This document shows, piece by piece, positions 22,101 through 30,743 of a stretch of 64,000 nucleotides of DNA. The position numbers and the translations under genes are program-made. This DNA is from Candidatus Latescibacterota bacterium. Its GTDB lineage: Bacteria; Latescibacterota; UBA2968; UBA8231. A model generated the notes under the pieces. It saw only the letters and a program-made list of their open reading frames with translations, did no database searches and had not been told where the DNA came from. The stretch spans positions 1,280,001 through 1,344,000 of the forward strand of contig OZ241362.1 of the NCBI GenBank assembly GCA_965200315.1, read 5' to 3'. How positions within the stretch are numbered: position 1 is the stretch's first letter; each line of letters starts with the position of its first letter.

Positions 22101-22393
22101 GAAGTCCGCACCCCATTCGGCCACACCGCGTACAAGGCGACCGACTCATCTTCCCATTCCAACCGCCCACCCTTGTCGATGGGCACCACCACCGCAAAGG
22201 AGTCGCGTCGCGTCGCTAGCCCCAACGCCTGCAACTGCCCCTCCACGTATTCCGCTGCTTGATTGCTCCCCGGATAGCCGGCCACCCGCGACCCTAGCGA
22301 GGACAAATGCTCCACGACCGCTCGCGGCCCGGCCGAAGCCGCCCCCGGGGTCATGGCAACGGCATATAACAAGGCTATAATCAGCGCAGTCAT
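16121..22393 (-). CDS. Giant fusion: PA + degenerate M28/nicastrin-like domain, FtsX/MacB-type permease, DUF6785/6784-like multi-TM transporter
   Basis: Likely start MTALIIALL with signal peptide; SRVAGYPG and AYYD..APGAE (M28-like); VYERLREIGIYSSVGLAP and LSTIYPARQAA (FtsX); QWSQHERLAYP and WWPLHPLG..PFFLGLILGE (DUF6785/6784-like). Confidence 0.8.
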   Translation of the reverse strand: MTALIIALLYAVAMTPGAASAGPRAVVEHLSSLGSRVAGYPGSNQAAEYVEGQLQALGLATRRDSFAVVVPIDKGGRLEWEDESVALYAVWPNGVRTSTVPPEGLRIPAIWGGDGDWGDFNGQEVAGRVVLLDFASGDNWLKAASLGARAVVFVAADSATTQQAQGKYVRAPLDVPRFWVERTAGERLRRRLVGGEVEVELWGRMDWQERMAYNVWAVVPGRHAGTLRDETVLVHAYYDAPSVVPARAPGAEAAVSVAVLLEVAARLQANPPAHTVVLAALGAHFLGRQGMVAFLDRHARRQEHYAARLAEPLDIGLFIGLDLSSHGERVVLWNNTDSYALKRFFVPFGRRFAEYAEALGRAEAVANGISPIRGMDWDSYMPGGLAADGELVLEAGFPSLTLATVGDARFALDLPQDTGERVAWDNVEKQAALVADLLAYALADTVLLAGRERLAAALEDRLRDLRVKARTFPRRSQVPDRPVAGALVAVQVEEEERKGVRNTRYFLTDAIGVARVPGLVQGTYPLAVAALDAERGAITHVVDLSTRAQAHHGKPRSDGRLAKNVRWLQNEQIAVLFPGVGRPLYGLVEPRFLRALTKVKVLSADEGEPGQYGYSLGKSSIGSVGVIYGPADAAADDRVKVILDGQLLLLNSEGSQSESEARGAGFLLTEEGFGAATLQAARDVWNLDEVRLGMLKEHGIENQRLTRLHEQAAAAIAEAESAAEQLKWDEYVAWSRKALGLETRAYPEVLATLNDVLEGVIFFMALLLPAAFLGERLLFAAADIRRQLAGFGLLLLAIWLILAQVHPAFELAEPLVVLLAFAIMAMAALVLCMLVGRFNRVMAQHQSQQTRVHAEDLSRLSASYAAFMLGISNMRRRPLRTGLTLATLTLLTFTLLSFTSFEQQIRYASFRLPHAGAYPGILIRDRGWERLTPEALDYAESHFGGSGWMGRRGWYAAEGGKGSWIAVAAAGKAVRATGLLGLTPEEAQITAVDKSLVAGSFFTADDEATCILPLDMAAALGIGVGDRIEVFGRALEVRGIADPEQLGELRDLDDESLMPADFVLSGAEVLQLGAAQDVDIAGEEDPRELRPFIHLEPHHVVLVPYQTLAEAGGSLRSVAVRFPGATDGQGLVEDYLTRVAATLFVGSPDGRVTALSSVGLTAVKGLGALAIPALVAALIVLNAMMGAVYERLREIGIYSSVGLAPLHIALLFVAEACVYAVLGTTLGYLLGQGLGRVLLALGLLQGITLNYSSLAAIGAALAVMGVVLLSTIYPARQAARQAVPDVVRRWRPDPPSGDEWLFEFPFMLGEGEVEGVCGFLANYFGAFGRATLGDFYVEDMHVTQADGYRLSFALWLAPFDLGVSQEVVVEFAPAGQRARAMGVRLRRLSGEHHYWQRLNLRLVEALRKQMLIWYALRESERVQHVESARALAAEQTAERTEEQSAVEQAASFTWRGFAVGGLLALGIGVGAPYAIIMLQGSYMALNSSSPGAIFLFFVLVVVVNTLLRALGRGLALGRADLVLIYAMMLLASAVPTQAFVGYLIPIISGLYYYATPENNWAEIFFSHVTPWLVPQDRQAIVDLHEGLPLGEGIPWGAWTETLSYWYVFFLVLSFMMLCMSSILHRQWSQHERLAYPMVQLPLKMVEEGRPGFKLTPLFKQRLLWIGFAVPFALLSLKGLHYYFPAVPKPIQSAGVLSWIGQGTSLHLTWVYSWIGFFYLVNLDISFSIWFFYVFNKAQEGLFASLGIASREKLSLYSYSQTADLTHEVMGACLIFVGYTLWMGRRHLGAVWRKAWRGDPAVDDAGEMLSYRVAVFGFLASLLFVGVWLWASGVPLAVLPLFLLVCLIFYVFVTRAVATAGLATARSPMVAAFFVISAVGAPVIGAKGLTALTFTYVWQSEMRLFPLIAAANSLKLAEAVVGSKRRLFWGMALALVVSLAGATWIIFQVCYEYGGINLHPFFMTHQATRTFTDMARPIVDPLPADGRGWLFTGIGGLVEAVLLWGHHRFYWWPLHPLGFIVSVGWLANQVWFSVFIAWALKLVIVKWGGMPLYERAKPFFLGLILGEATAAGLWLCIDGVLGETGHFLSYM

Positions 22394-22555
22394 AGCGTCC
22401 CAATATCGGCACCCAGCATTCCGTCTAGCAAGCAAACCAACGCGGCTTTGCCGGGGGCGGAACACTTCCGCGGCAATCACCTTGTCACGCCCCTTCTGTA
22501 ACTGATGTTACGCACAGGTATGGGGTGAGGGAGGCTTCGACGCCGCGTTGCGGCA

Positions 22556-22618
22556 CTCAGCATGACAGGGCACGGGAAAAAGCCTACCCTTGTCATGCTG
22601 AGCAAAGCGAAGCATCTC
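22556..22618. repeat. REP-like palindromic element
   Basis: ctcagcatgaca (22556-67) and tgtcatgctgag (22591-602) are inverted; followed by caaagcgaagcatctc, typical of TGTCATGCTGAG-type intergenic repeats. Confidence 0.65.
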
Positions 22619-22706
22619 AGACCCAAGGCTTATGCGTAACGACACTTCTGTACGTGGAACTTCAGCTATCGGCGAGATGTTCAAACGCAATTATAAGGAG
22701 GGCTTC

Positions 22707-23936
22707 ATGCTGTACCGCATCGCCGCTATCGGCTTCATTTTTGCCTGCACGAGTGTCGCTTGGATCATCTTGGCCGAGGTCGTCTCGCACCGCACCCACC
22801 AGCAAGACACCAAGCTCAAAGCCGCCGTGGGCCAACTGTGGGGCACTTCCCAATCCCAGCGCGCCCCACTGCTGTACTGGACCACCGAGGAACAAACCCC
22901 TGACGGCCAAGAGACAGAACACTCCAAAGAGCAGCGTCACTTCCTGCCCCTAGAGGCCAGCCGCCTACAAGTCGATCTACACCTTGAACACCGCCGCAAG
23001 GGGCTGCTGTGGCACGCCACCTACCAAGTGGCACTGGACGCCGCCTATACTGCGACCAACGCGACCGACCGTCCCCTCGACCTGACCTTCGATCTGGCCC
23101 TGCCTACTTCCCAAGCGGTGTACGATGATTTCACCCTGTCGATCGACGGCCAACCCATCGCTGCGCTGCCGCTGGCCGAAGGGCACTTGCAACAGCCGTT
23201 GCATTTAGCGCCGGGCCAGAGCCGCCAAATTCGCCTTTCCTACCAATCGCAGGGTTTAGACGAATGGTGGTATCGCTTCGGCGACCACGTCGCGCAAGTC
23301 TCCGATTTCGAGCTAATCATGTACACTGATTTCGACGCCATCGACTTCCCGCACGAAAGCCTGTCGCCCACCCACAAGGAGCGCACTGCCGATGGCTGGC
23401 GGCTCACTTGGCAGTACGACCGGCTGCTCACTGGAGCCTCCCTCGGCATGGTCATGCCCGCCCGCCGCAATCCAGGTCCTTGGGTACAAGACGTAACCCT
23501 AGCCGCGCCCATATCCCTCTTTCTCTTTTTCTTTGTTCTCTTTGTTTTTGCCGCAGTCAAAGGCATCGATATCCATCCGATGAATTACTTCTTCATCGGC
23601 GCGGCTTTTTTCAGCTTTCACTTGCTGTTGGCCTATCTGGCCGACCACTTGCTCATCCACTACGCCTTTTTGCTGGCCGCGGCCGTGTCTGTTTTCTTGG
23701 TCGTCTCCTACATGCGGCTCGTGGTCGGCCTGCGGTTGGCCTTGGTGGAGATAGGCTTAGCCCAATTCATTTACTTGGTGCTCTTCTCCTACACCTTCTT
23801 CTTCGTCGGCTATACCGGCTTGGCCATTACCATCCTGTGCATTATCACGCTCTTCGCCGCCATGCAGTTTACCGGCCGGATGGACTGGTCGGCCGTGTTT
23901 GCCCGGCCGCCAGCCACTCCTCCAAAGTCCGCCTAG
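22707..23936 (+). CDS. CreD-like inner membrane protein
   Basis: AAGGAG RBS; N-terminal TM, periplasmic domain, then IHPMNYFFIGAAFFSFHLLLAYLADH and several C-terminal TMs. Confidence 0.7.
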   Translation: MLYRIAAIGFIFACTSVAWIILAEVVSHRTHQQDTKLKAAVGQLWGTSQSQRAPLLYWTTEEQTPDGQETEHSKEQRHFLPLEASRLQVDLHLEHRRKGLLWHATYQVALDAAYTATNATDRPLDLTFDLALPTSQAVYDDFTLSIDGQPIAALPLAEGHLQQPLHLAPGQSRQIRLSYQSQGLDEWWYRFGDHVAQVSDFELIMYTDFDAIDFPHESLSPTHKERTADGWRLTWQYDRLLTGASLGMVMPARRNPGPWVQDVTLAAPISLFLFFFVLFVFAAVKGIDIHPMNYFFIGAAFFSFHLLLAYLADHLLIHYAFLLAAAVSVFLVVSYMRLVVGLRLALVEIGLAQFIYLVLFSYTFFFVGYTGLAITILCIITLFAAMQFTGRMDWSAVFARPPATPPKSA

Positions 23937-24814
23937 TACCCCTGCAGCCGCGCCGGTACTCCCACCGGCTCCCCATGGCGACACACCACCGGAAAGTGCG
24001 GGCCGGCCGCGGCCATCGGCGCATGGTCGGGCAAATCGACGAACTGCTTCATCAGGTGCTCGCCGCTTTGGTCGAAGCGCGCTGCGCCGGTCATATAGTG
24101 GATGGCAATGGCGCGCCGGGGCCGCGGCGACCGATTGAAGGGCGAGCCGTGCCAAGTCAGGGAATGGTGGAAAGAAACCTCCCCGCGCATCACCGGACAC
24201 GGCCGCGCTTCCACCGTGCGGATCTCGGCGTCGGCTGGCGGGGTAAAGCCCTGTAAGTCCTTGAAGTTTTCCAACAGCGACAAATCCCCCTGCGTACGCA
24301 AAAATGCAATCTGATTGCCCCACTTGTGGCTGCCGGGCACCATCCACATGCAGCCATTTTCCTCGGTCGCATCGTCCAAGGGGATCCACGCCGAGACCGG
24401 CGTCATCGGCTTGATAATCGGCCACAAGGGGGCATCTTGGTGCCAGTGAGTCGAGCCGCCGTAGCGTGCGGGTTTGTACTGAATCTGGTCGTGCCAAACT
24501 TGGAGGTCGGCATGGCCGGTAAGCTGGCTGATACCCCGTACGATAGCTGAGTGGTACATCAGCCGCTCCCAAGCGGGTGCAGCCTCCCAGATATTGACGA
24601 TCTGCCACACGGGATGCTCGCTGACGTTGCCCCCGCCGGCTAGGTCGCGGAAGGATACCGGCTGCGGCTCGCCAGGGGCAAAGCCGTCCGGGCCTTTGGC
24701 CAAAATTTCGTCGAGCGCGGCGCTCAATTCGCCGAGCGCGTCGTCGGAGAGCACGCGGCCGCCGTTGAGAAAGCCGTTGCGGTGGAATTCGTCGATCTGT
24801 GCCTCTGTAAGCAT
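23933..24814 (-). CDS. Phytanoyl-CoA dioxygenase (PhyH) family protein
   Basis: WHQD facial motif, AWIPLDDATEENGCMWMVPGSH, FHHSLTWHGS. Confidence 0.9.
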   Translation of the reverse strand: MLTEAQIDEFHRNGFLNGGRVLSDDALGELSAALDEILAKGPDGFAPGEPQPVSFRDLAGGGNVSEHPVWQIVNIWEAAPAWERLMYHSAIVRGISQLTGHADLQVWHDQIQYKPARYGGSTHWHQDAPLWPIIKPMTPVSAWIPLDDATEENGCMWMVPGSHKWGNQIAFLRTQGDLSLLENFKDLQGFTPPADAEIRTVEARPCPVMRGEVSFHHSLTWHGSPFNRSPRPRRAIAIHYMTGAARFDQSGEHLMKQFVDLPDHAPMAAAGPHFPVVCRHGEPVGVPARLQGY

Positions 24815-24888
24815 TGTCTATCCTTTCACCAACCGTTGGGCAGCGAGTAAAACGTTACACCGACCTGCGGTCGGCGGGCATAGCACTC

Positions 24889-27369
24889 CTACTGCATGCG
24901 CCGGAGCAACTCGCCGCGCGCCTCGTTGAACAGGCCAATCAGCCGCTGGCGGATCGCCTCGTCGCGGAAGACGCCGATCCTTTCGGCCCAAGCAATACCA
25001 CCCTCCATGTGCGTCAGCAGATAATGGCCCTCGGCCGGCGCAAACGCGCAGCGCCGCCCCACGTCGATATAGACCGGCGAAGAATGGGCCATCACCGGCC
25101 CGGCGTCCGTGTAATGCGGACCCCAGCAACGGGCCGCGACCCAGCAGGAAGACTCGGCCCTGAGCTTGAACTTCAGTTCGATCTGCTGGGCACCGGGCGC
25201 GGCGAGCTCGCGCGCAACCGACTCGCCATTGCAAATAAGCTCCAGCCCAGTAAGCGGCCAGACGCTTTCCGCGTTTGCCACCACCTCGACCGTGCCGCCA
25301 TTGCCGGGCAGGTGGATTTCCTCGCCCATCTCCCGCCCCTCGACCTTTAGGTCGATCATCGCGCCGGTGCTGGCAAACGTCTGGCCGCGCCGCACAGCTT
25401 GGCACCAATTGTCAAAGGTAAACTCCTCGCCGTCGCGCAGCTTGACATAGGTGCGCGAGCCGCCCAAAATGCGGCCGTTGGACATCTTGTCGGTGCCGCC
25501 GACAATCGGCAGCTTTTGGCCCACGTTGAGCCAGCGGTAGTAGCCCCGCTCGGCCGAACTGATCGGCTCGCCCTCCCAAATCCAGCACATCTCGCCAGCG
25601 TCGGCGTGGCCCAAGACGATGTTGGCCGCGTTCTCAAAGTCGGGCAGCGGCAGATGCGGCATAATGACCAGCCCGCCCTGTTTTTTGCACTCCTCGGCCC
25701 AGTCGGCCATCAGCGCATCCACCGAGCCGCCGACCCAATCCTCATTGGCCCCGCCGGTACACATAGGCGCGACCAGTTCCTTGAGGCCGAGCAAGCTGAT
25801 GTGCCCGAGCACGTGCTGCCGGTTCTCCTGGCTGACCCAAACCAAGTGCTCGGCGCTGCTGGTCGGTGCCAAGCCGCCGGTAAACTCCTCCCACGAGGTA
25901 AACAGCCGACCCCACTGGCTGGCCAACAAATGCACCACATTGAGGTCTTCGCCAGCGGCCTCTAGGTGGGACGACTGGGAGGAAAGAAAATGCACGTGGG
26001 TATCCCCCGAATAGTAGCCGCGCTGCTTCATGTCAAAGGCGCGTTTGACCTTGAGGGTTAGCGCGTTCTGTCCGGGCTTGATTTCAACTTGCTGGCGCAA
26101 TGGCTGGTACTCAAAGCCGCGCACCACCTCGGCGTACACCGGGCCGATGGGCAAGTCGATCTGGCAGGTGCCGTCGATATATGCGTAGGGCACACCTCCG
26201 GTCTTGCAGTCGCCGCCCATGTCCTCAAACCAAGCAATGTTGACGTCGGCTTGGTGGCCGTGCGGCGCTAGATAGGCTCCGTGCTCAGTGCGAAAGTGGA
26301 CGCGGGTTCCCACGGGCAGGCCAGTATCCGCGTCCTCAACCCGCACGTGGACCCACTGCTTGCCAGCCGGCGCGACGACCTCGATTTGTACCTTGCCTTG
26401 AGCGACCTTCTTCTTGTTGAGCACATCGCCCCAACAAATGCGCTCTTCGTCGTCGCCCGTCTTAATGGCGAGTTGCCCTTGGGTTGATCCGTGGATTTCC
26501 AGATAGCCACCGGCGACCGTCTCTTGGCCACCGCGGCCCCAGCCCGCTTCCTCGGAGGTGAGGAAATCTGCACTCGGCACCCAGAGCTGATCTTGGCGCA
26601 CAATTTCGCCGCGCTCCATTGCCACTTCGGGCGTTCCTGCGGCATCAACCCGCAGCACCACCTCCTGCCGCGCCGGCCAAGCAAAGGGGTCGCGCTCCTC
26701 GTGGCAGAGCGTAATGCCAGCCAACGCCAGTGCCGTAGGGCCAGCCGCCGACACCGCAATCGCCGCAATCTCCTGGTCGGGCGCGGGATTTTCCCAGTCG
26801 TAGAGCCACCAACCCTCGAGGTCGCTGCCCTCGCACGTGAAGGCCCCGGTCTGCACCATGCCATAGCTGTACTCCCGGCTTTCTAGCGGCACCGAGTAGA
26901 AATGGCGGCAGTTGCGACAGAGAAAGGGATGATGCCCCCAAGGCACCTGCACATCGTGGATTTCAAAGCGGCGGCGCAGCGGCTGCTCAACCGAGCTGCC
27001 GTCGGCATAGAGGACGCGATAGGTTCCTATCTCCTCGCCCGTGCCTTCAACCGTGGCCCATTCCCCCGGCACCGGCGCACAAGCGTGGGCATAGAGGATG
27101 CGCCGCGCCGTGGCATTTATCGCAATCTCCGCCGATGCGCTCACCCTAGCCTCTTGCGCCACCAGCACCACGGCCCGGTCAGCACCTGTGGCCGCCAAAC
27201 TAAAGGGCACACCCCAAAACTGCTGCTCGCCCCAAGGCAGCCCCACGAGCGGCGTATTGTCGGGCGCGTCGTCGGGCGCTGGCCAGAGCTTGCCGCCTTC
27301 GGACTCAACATTGCCGGTACTGGCGTTATAGGCCGCGCTCAAATCTAACGGCACAAATGGATTGCTCAT
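24889..27369 (-). CDS. CehA/McbA-like metallohydrolase (PHP-like C-terminal domain)
   Basis: GDTHVHFL, QENRQHVLGHI, GGTDKMS, AHSSPVY. Confidence 0.75.
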   Translation of the reverse strand: MSNPFVPLDLSAAYNASTGNVESEGGKLWPAPDDAPDNTPLVGLPWGEQQFWGVPFSLAATGADRAVVLVAQEARVSASAEIAINATARRILYAHACAPVPGEWATVEGTGEEIGTYRVLYADGSSVEQPLRRRFEIHDVQVPWGHHPFLCRNCRHFYSVPLESREYSYGMVQTGAFTCEGSDLEGWWLYDWENPAPDQEIAAIAVSAAGPTALALAGITLCHEERDPFAWPARQEVVLRVDAAGTPEVAMERGEIVRQDQLWVPSADFLTSEEAGWGRGGQETVAGGYLEIHGSTQGQLAIKTGDDEERICWGDVLNKKKVAQGKVQIEVVAPAGKQWVHVRVEDADTGLPVGTRVHFRTEHGAYLAPHGHQADVNIAWFEDMGGDCKTGGVPYAYIDGTCQIDLPIGPVYAEVVRGFEYQPLRQQVEIKPGQNALTLKVKRAFDMKQRGYYSGDTHVHFLSSQSSHLEAAGEDLNVVHLLASQWGRLFTSWEEFTGGLAPTSSAEHLVWVSQENRQHVLGHISLLGLKELVAPMCTGGANEDWVGGSVDALMADWAEECKKQGGLVIMPHLPLPDFENAANIVLGHADAGEMCWIWEGEPISSAERGYYRWLNVGQKLPIVGGTDKMSNGRILGGSRTYVKLRDGEEFTFDNWCQAVRRGQTFASTGAMIDLKVEGREMGEEIHLPGNGGTVEVVANAESVWPLTGLELICNGESVARELAAPGAQQIELKFKLRAESSCWVAARCWGPHYTDAGPVMAHSSPVYIDVGRRCAFAPAEGHYLLTHMEGGIAWAERIGVFRDEAIRQRLIGLFNEARGELLRRMQ

Positions 27370-27438
27370 TGCAGCTTCCTTTCTACGGTGAATGGCCGCT
27401 CAATATATCCTGAGCCAGAATCTCTGAACAAGGCGGCC

Positions 27439-29922
27439 TTAGTGCGGCACGCCCAACTGGTGCATCCGGCGATGGATCGCCTCTCGCGCTTGCAGGAAGG
27501 GCCGCTCCAGATAGGCGAGGTGATCCGCCTCGCCGTGGTGGTGCGTAATGTCGTCGCGCAGATGCTGGCGGCTATTGTGGCGGATGTAGTGCAGCGAGCC
27601 ATCCACCAAGGTCAGCATGTACTGCGCTGTCTCCTCGTTGAACATCCACCACTGTCCGCCGCAGGCCAGATACACCGGCGAGGTGTGCGCCATGATCCCC
27701 CGGCCCCAACCATCAAAGTGCGGCACACTTTGCTCGTAGCCCGGCCCGCTGCACCGCGCCGCCAGCCACGAGTGGCCCTCCACTTTTACCGCGGCCTTCA
27801 GGCGCAACTTGCGCGTCCCCTTGGCCTCTTCGACAGAGGCCACCACCCTCCCTTCCTGCACCACTTCCAGCGTATGGATCGGCACCACCGACTCGGCCTC
27901 GGCGACCACCTCCACCGTGCCGCCATTGCCCGGTAACTGCATCGTGTCTCCTACTTCGTGGCCATCAACGCTGAAGCGGATCAGCGGGCCGCCGCTGTGG
28001 AAGGTGCGGCCCGCGGCCATGTACTTGCACCAGTTGTCGTAGGTGAACGGCTCGTCCTTGGGAATCTGCACGTAGGTGCGATAGATCCCCACCGGCACAT
28101 CGCTACTCATTTTGTCGGTGCCGCCGACCAGCGGCAGCTTGTACCCGCAATTGAGGTAGCGGTAGTACTCGCCGTGCATGTACGTGCCGTGTCGGAGCAT
28201 CTCCACAGCGTCGGCGCGCCCGGTGGCGATCAGGGCGGCTGGCTCGCCGTTGGGGTTGGGCAAATGCGGGATCACCACGCTGCCGCCCTGCGCCCGGCAG
28301 CGGTCAGCCCACTCGGCCATGGGCACTTCAAGCGTCCCGCCCAGCTCGGCTTCGCCTGGGCCGTCCGAACACCACGGCATCACCGGCTCCTTCAGCCCCA
28401 TGAGGATCAGATGCCCCAAAAAGTGCTGCCTGTTCTCTTGGGACACATAGACAATGTGATCGCCGTTGGCCGTGGCCATCTCGCCACCGGTAAATTCCTC
28501 GGTATTGGTAAACAGCCCACCCCACTGGGATTGCAGCAGATTGACTACGTTCAAGTCCTCGCCCTGCGCCTCGGTGAGGCTGCCCTGCGCCGACAGGAAA
28601 TGCACGTGCGAGTCGCCGCTGTACCAGCCTTCCTCGTTCATCTGCCGCCAGCGCTTCAGCCGGAGATCCAAGGTGCGCTGGCCTGGCGCAATCTCTACTT
28701 TGGCGCGCAGCGGCTCGTATTCGTAGCCACGCGCCACATCCACGATCACTTCGCCGCGCGGCAGCCAGCCTTGGCAGGTGCCGTCGATGTACGCATAGGT
28801 GATCTGCCCCAAGCGCACATCGCCGCCCACATCGAAGTGCCAAGTCCCCATGTTGGAGTTGACGTGGGCGTGGTGGCCGTGCGGGGCGTAGGGAATGCCC
28901 TCTGGCGAGCGGAAGTGGACGCGGCAGGGCACGGGTTTCCCAGTGGCGTCGTCAATGACCTTGGTATGCACCCAGTTGCGCCCGCGCTCCACCACTTCTA
29001 GCTGCACTCGCGGCGAAGCCTCTACGCGGCCCTGCTGCCGCACCTGTTCCCAGCGGGCCTCGCCCAACACTTCCCCGTCGCGCTTGACCTGCACAGTGGC
29101 CGAAGGATTGGCGGCAATTTCCACGTATGAAGGGCTGCTGCCCTCGTTTTGAGCTTCGCCCCAGCCTTTGCGTCCGCTGAGGAAATCCTCGGCCGTTGAC
29201 TCCGGCAATGGGTAGGGATAGGTCGCAACGCCGCGATCGACTTCCACTTCAAGAGCGGCGGACTGGCGTGCGTCCTCCGCTTGCGGCAAGGTGATGATGA
29301 CCTCGCGCGTACCCTCGCGGCAGATCGGCTCTTCATCCAAGTCGCTCAGGGTGATCCCGCCGATGACAAAGGCCGGCCCCGCGGCCTCGATGGCGATTTT
29401 CTTCAAGCTCTTGTCCGGGCGCGGATTCGGCCACGCCCAGAGCACGAAGTGCTGCGCCCGCCCGCCATTGACCTCGGTCTGGCGACGCCCGGCCATGTCC
29501 CACGGACCTTCGCTACGCGGCAAGAGCTGATCGCCCGTATCTGGCACCGCCACAAACGGCGTGCCGCCATAGGACGCCGGCACCGTCGAGATTTCAAAGC
29601 GATCGCGCACTGGCACCTTGAGCACATCGCCGTCCTCGTAGTGCAGAGCGTATTCAGCTACCAGCGTTGCCAGCGGCCCATTGTCGGCGATCTGCGATTC
29701 CAACAGGCGATGCGCCACAATCATCCAAGTCGCCCGCCGGCCGAGCGGGATTTCCACGCCGGACCGCTCCCCATCGCAGGCGATCAGGCAGCACTCAGCA
29801 TTGCTGCCGAGCACAAACGGCAAGCCGCGAAAGCTTTGTGCGCCGAGCGGCCCTTGGCCTCCCAAGCCGTCCAATCCGGCGTTGTACAGGGCATTCAAAT
29901 CCAGCGGAGTGTAGGTGCCCAT
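27439..29922 (-). CDS. CehA/McbA-like metallohydrolase, paralog of 24889-27369
   Basis: GDSHVHFL, QENRQHFLGHL, GGTDKMS, AHTSPVY; AGGAGG RBS. Confidence 0.75.
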   Translation of the reverse strand: MGTYTPLDLNALYNAGLDGLGGQGPLGAQSFRGLPFVLGSNAECCLIACDGERSGVEIPLGRRATWMIVAHRLLESQIADNGPLATLVAEYALHYEDGDVLKVPVRDRFEISTVPASYGGTPFVAVPDTGDQLLPRSEGPWDMAGRRQTEVNGGRAQHFVLWAWPNPRPDKSLKKIAIEAAGPAFVIGGITLSDLDEEPICREGTREVIITLPQAEDARQSAALEVEVDRGVATYPYPLPESTAEDFLSGRKGWGEAQNEGSSPSYVEIAANPSATVQVKRDGEVLGEARWEQVRQQGRVEASPRVQLEVVERGRNWVHTKVIDDATGKPVPCRVHFRSPEGIPYAPHGHHAHVNSNMGTWHFDVGGDVRLGQITYAYIDGTCQGWLPRGEVIVDVARGYEYEPLRAKVEIAPGQRTLDLRLKRWRQMNEEGWYSGDSHVHFLSAQGSLTEAQGEDLNVVNLLQSQWGGLFTNTEEFTGGEMATANGDHIVYVSQENRQHFLGHLILMGLKEPVMPWCSDGPGEAELGGTLEVPMAEWADRCRAQGGSVVIPHLPNPNGEPAALIATGRADAVEMLRHGTYMHGEYYRYLNCGYKLPLVGGTDKMSSDVPVGIYRTYVQIPKDEPFTYDNWCKYMAAGRTFHSGGPLIRFSVDGHEVGDTMQLPGNGGTVEVVAEAESVVPIHTLEVVQEGRVVASVEEAKGTRKLRLKAAVKVEGHSWLAARCSGPGYEQSVPHFDGWGRGIMAHTSPVYLACGGQWWMFNEETAQYMLTLVDGSLHYIRHNSRQHLRDDITHHHGEADHLAYLERPFLQAREAIHRRMHQLGVPH

Positions 29923-30078
29923 GGTTTCCTCCTTTGAAGTGGTCTTGCGTTTGGGCTGATAAAATGGCTTGAAGGACCGGCTTGTGCAAAAAAAGCAGTC
30001 ATACGGCTAGACGAATCTCGCCCGTACACCAAGGGACGGACGCAGGGATAAAACAGGGCAACCCTTTACCCAACCGCC

Positions 30079-30105
30079 GTAGGAGTCGTCTCTTGTGGCG
30101 ACCCG
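30079..30105 (+). repeat. GTAG-type REP-like hairpin
   Basis: gtaggagtcgtctcttgtggcgacccg: GTAG followed by an imperfect stem-loop, intergenic. Confidence 0.4.
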
Positions 30106-30234
30106 CAGACTCACCCAGACAGACCGCTTCTAATCTTGCTCATGTTGATTAGCGAGCATAGACTTCTCTTTAGATTGAAAGGGTTGCGACCCTTCACAGA
30201 TTCGCCTTTAACCGCCGACTCGGAAGGATGGCAT

Positions 30235-30450
30235 ATGCCTAGAAAGTTGCGCGAGGTGCGGCGGGATTACATGCAAGCCGGGTTCATCGAACATAGAGGC
30301 AAGGGTAAGGGGAGCCACAGAAAGTATATCCATCCACTTGGCGTCGTGGCCACGGTGTGTGGCAAGGACAGTGCAGATGCCCATGCGTACCAAGAAAATC
30401 AGCTCAAGAAGAAGTTAGCTGAAGTCCAAAACAGGGAGAAACACCAATGA
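30235..30450 (+). CDS. hicA: HicA family toxin
   Basis: MPRKLRE...AGF...KGKGSHRKYIHP; overlaps next gene (ATGA). Confidence 0.85.
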   Translation: MPRKLREVRRDYMQAGFIEHRGKGKGSHRKYIHPLGVVATVCGKDSADAHAYQENQLKKKLAEVQNREKHQ

Positions 30451-30743
30451 CTGCTCCGATAGATTATAAGAAAATCGCCCATGAGTTTCCGCAGGTGCCT
30501 GAGTGGACTAAGGTCGTGAAGTGGTCACCCGAAGATGGCTCCTACGTGGGCTACATCGAAGGCCCTCTAGGGCCGTGCTGTCACGGCGATGAACCGGAGG
30601 CCGTGCGCGAAGAGCTCGTCGAAATTGAGCGCGAATGGCGGGCCTTACTTGGCATGCCCGAGGTGCCTCGTGCGAGTACTGCTCTCAGCACTTTTTCTGA
30701 ATTCAAGCGGAAACGCAACCAAAGAAATGAATCCCAGATTTAG
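30447..30743 (+). CDS. hicB: HicB-like antitoxin
   Basis: VKWSPEDGSYVG...CCHGDEPEAVREEL; downstream of hicA. Confidence 0.75.
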   Translation: MTAPIDYKKIAHEFPQVPEWTKVVKWSPEDGSYVGYIEGPLGPCCHGDEPEAVREELVEIEREWRALLGMPEVPRASTALSTFSEFKRKRNQRNESQI

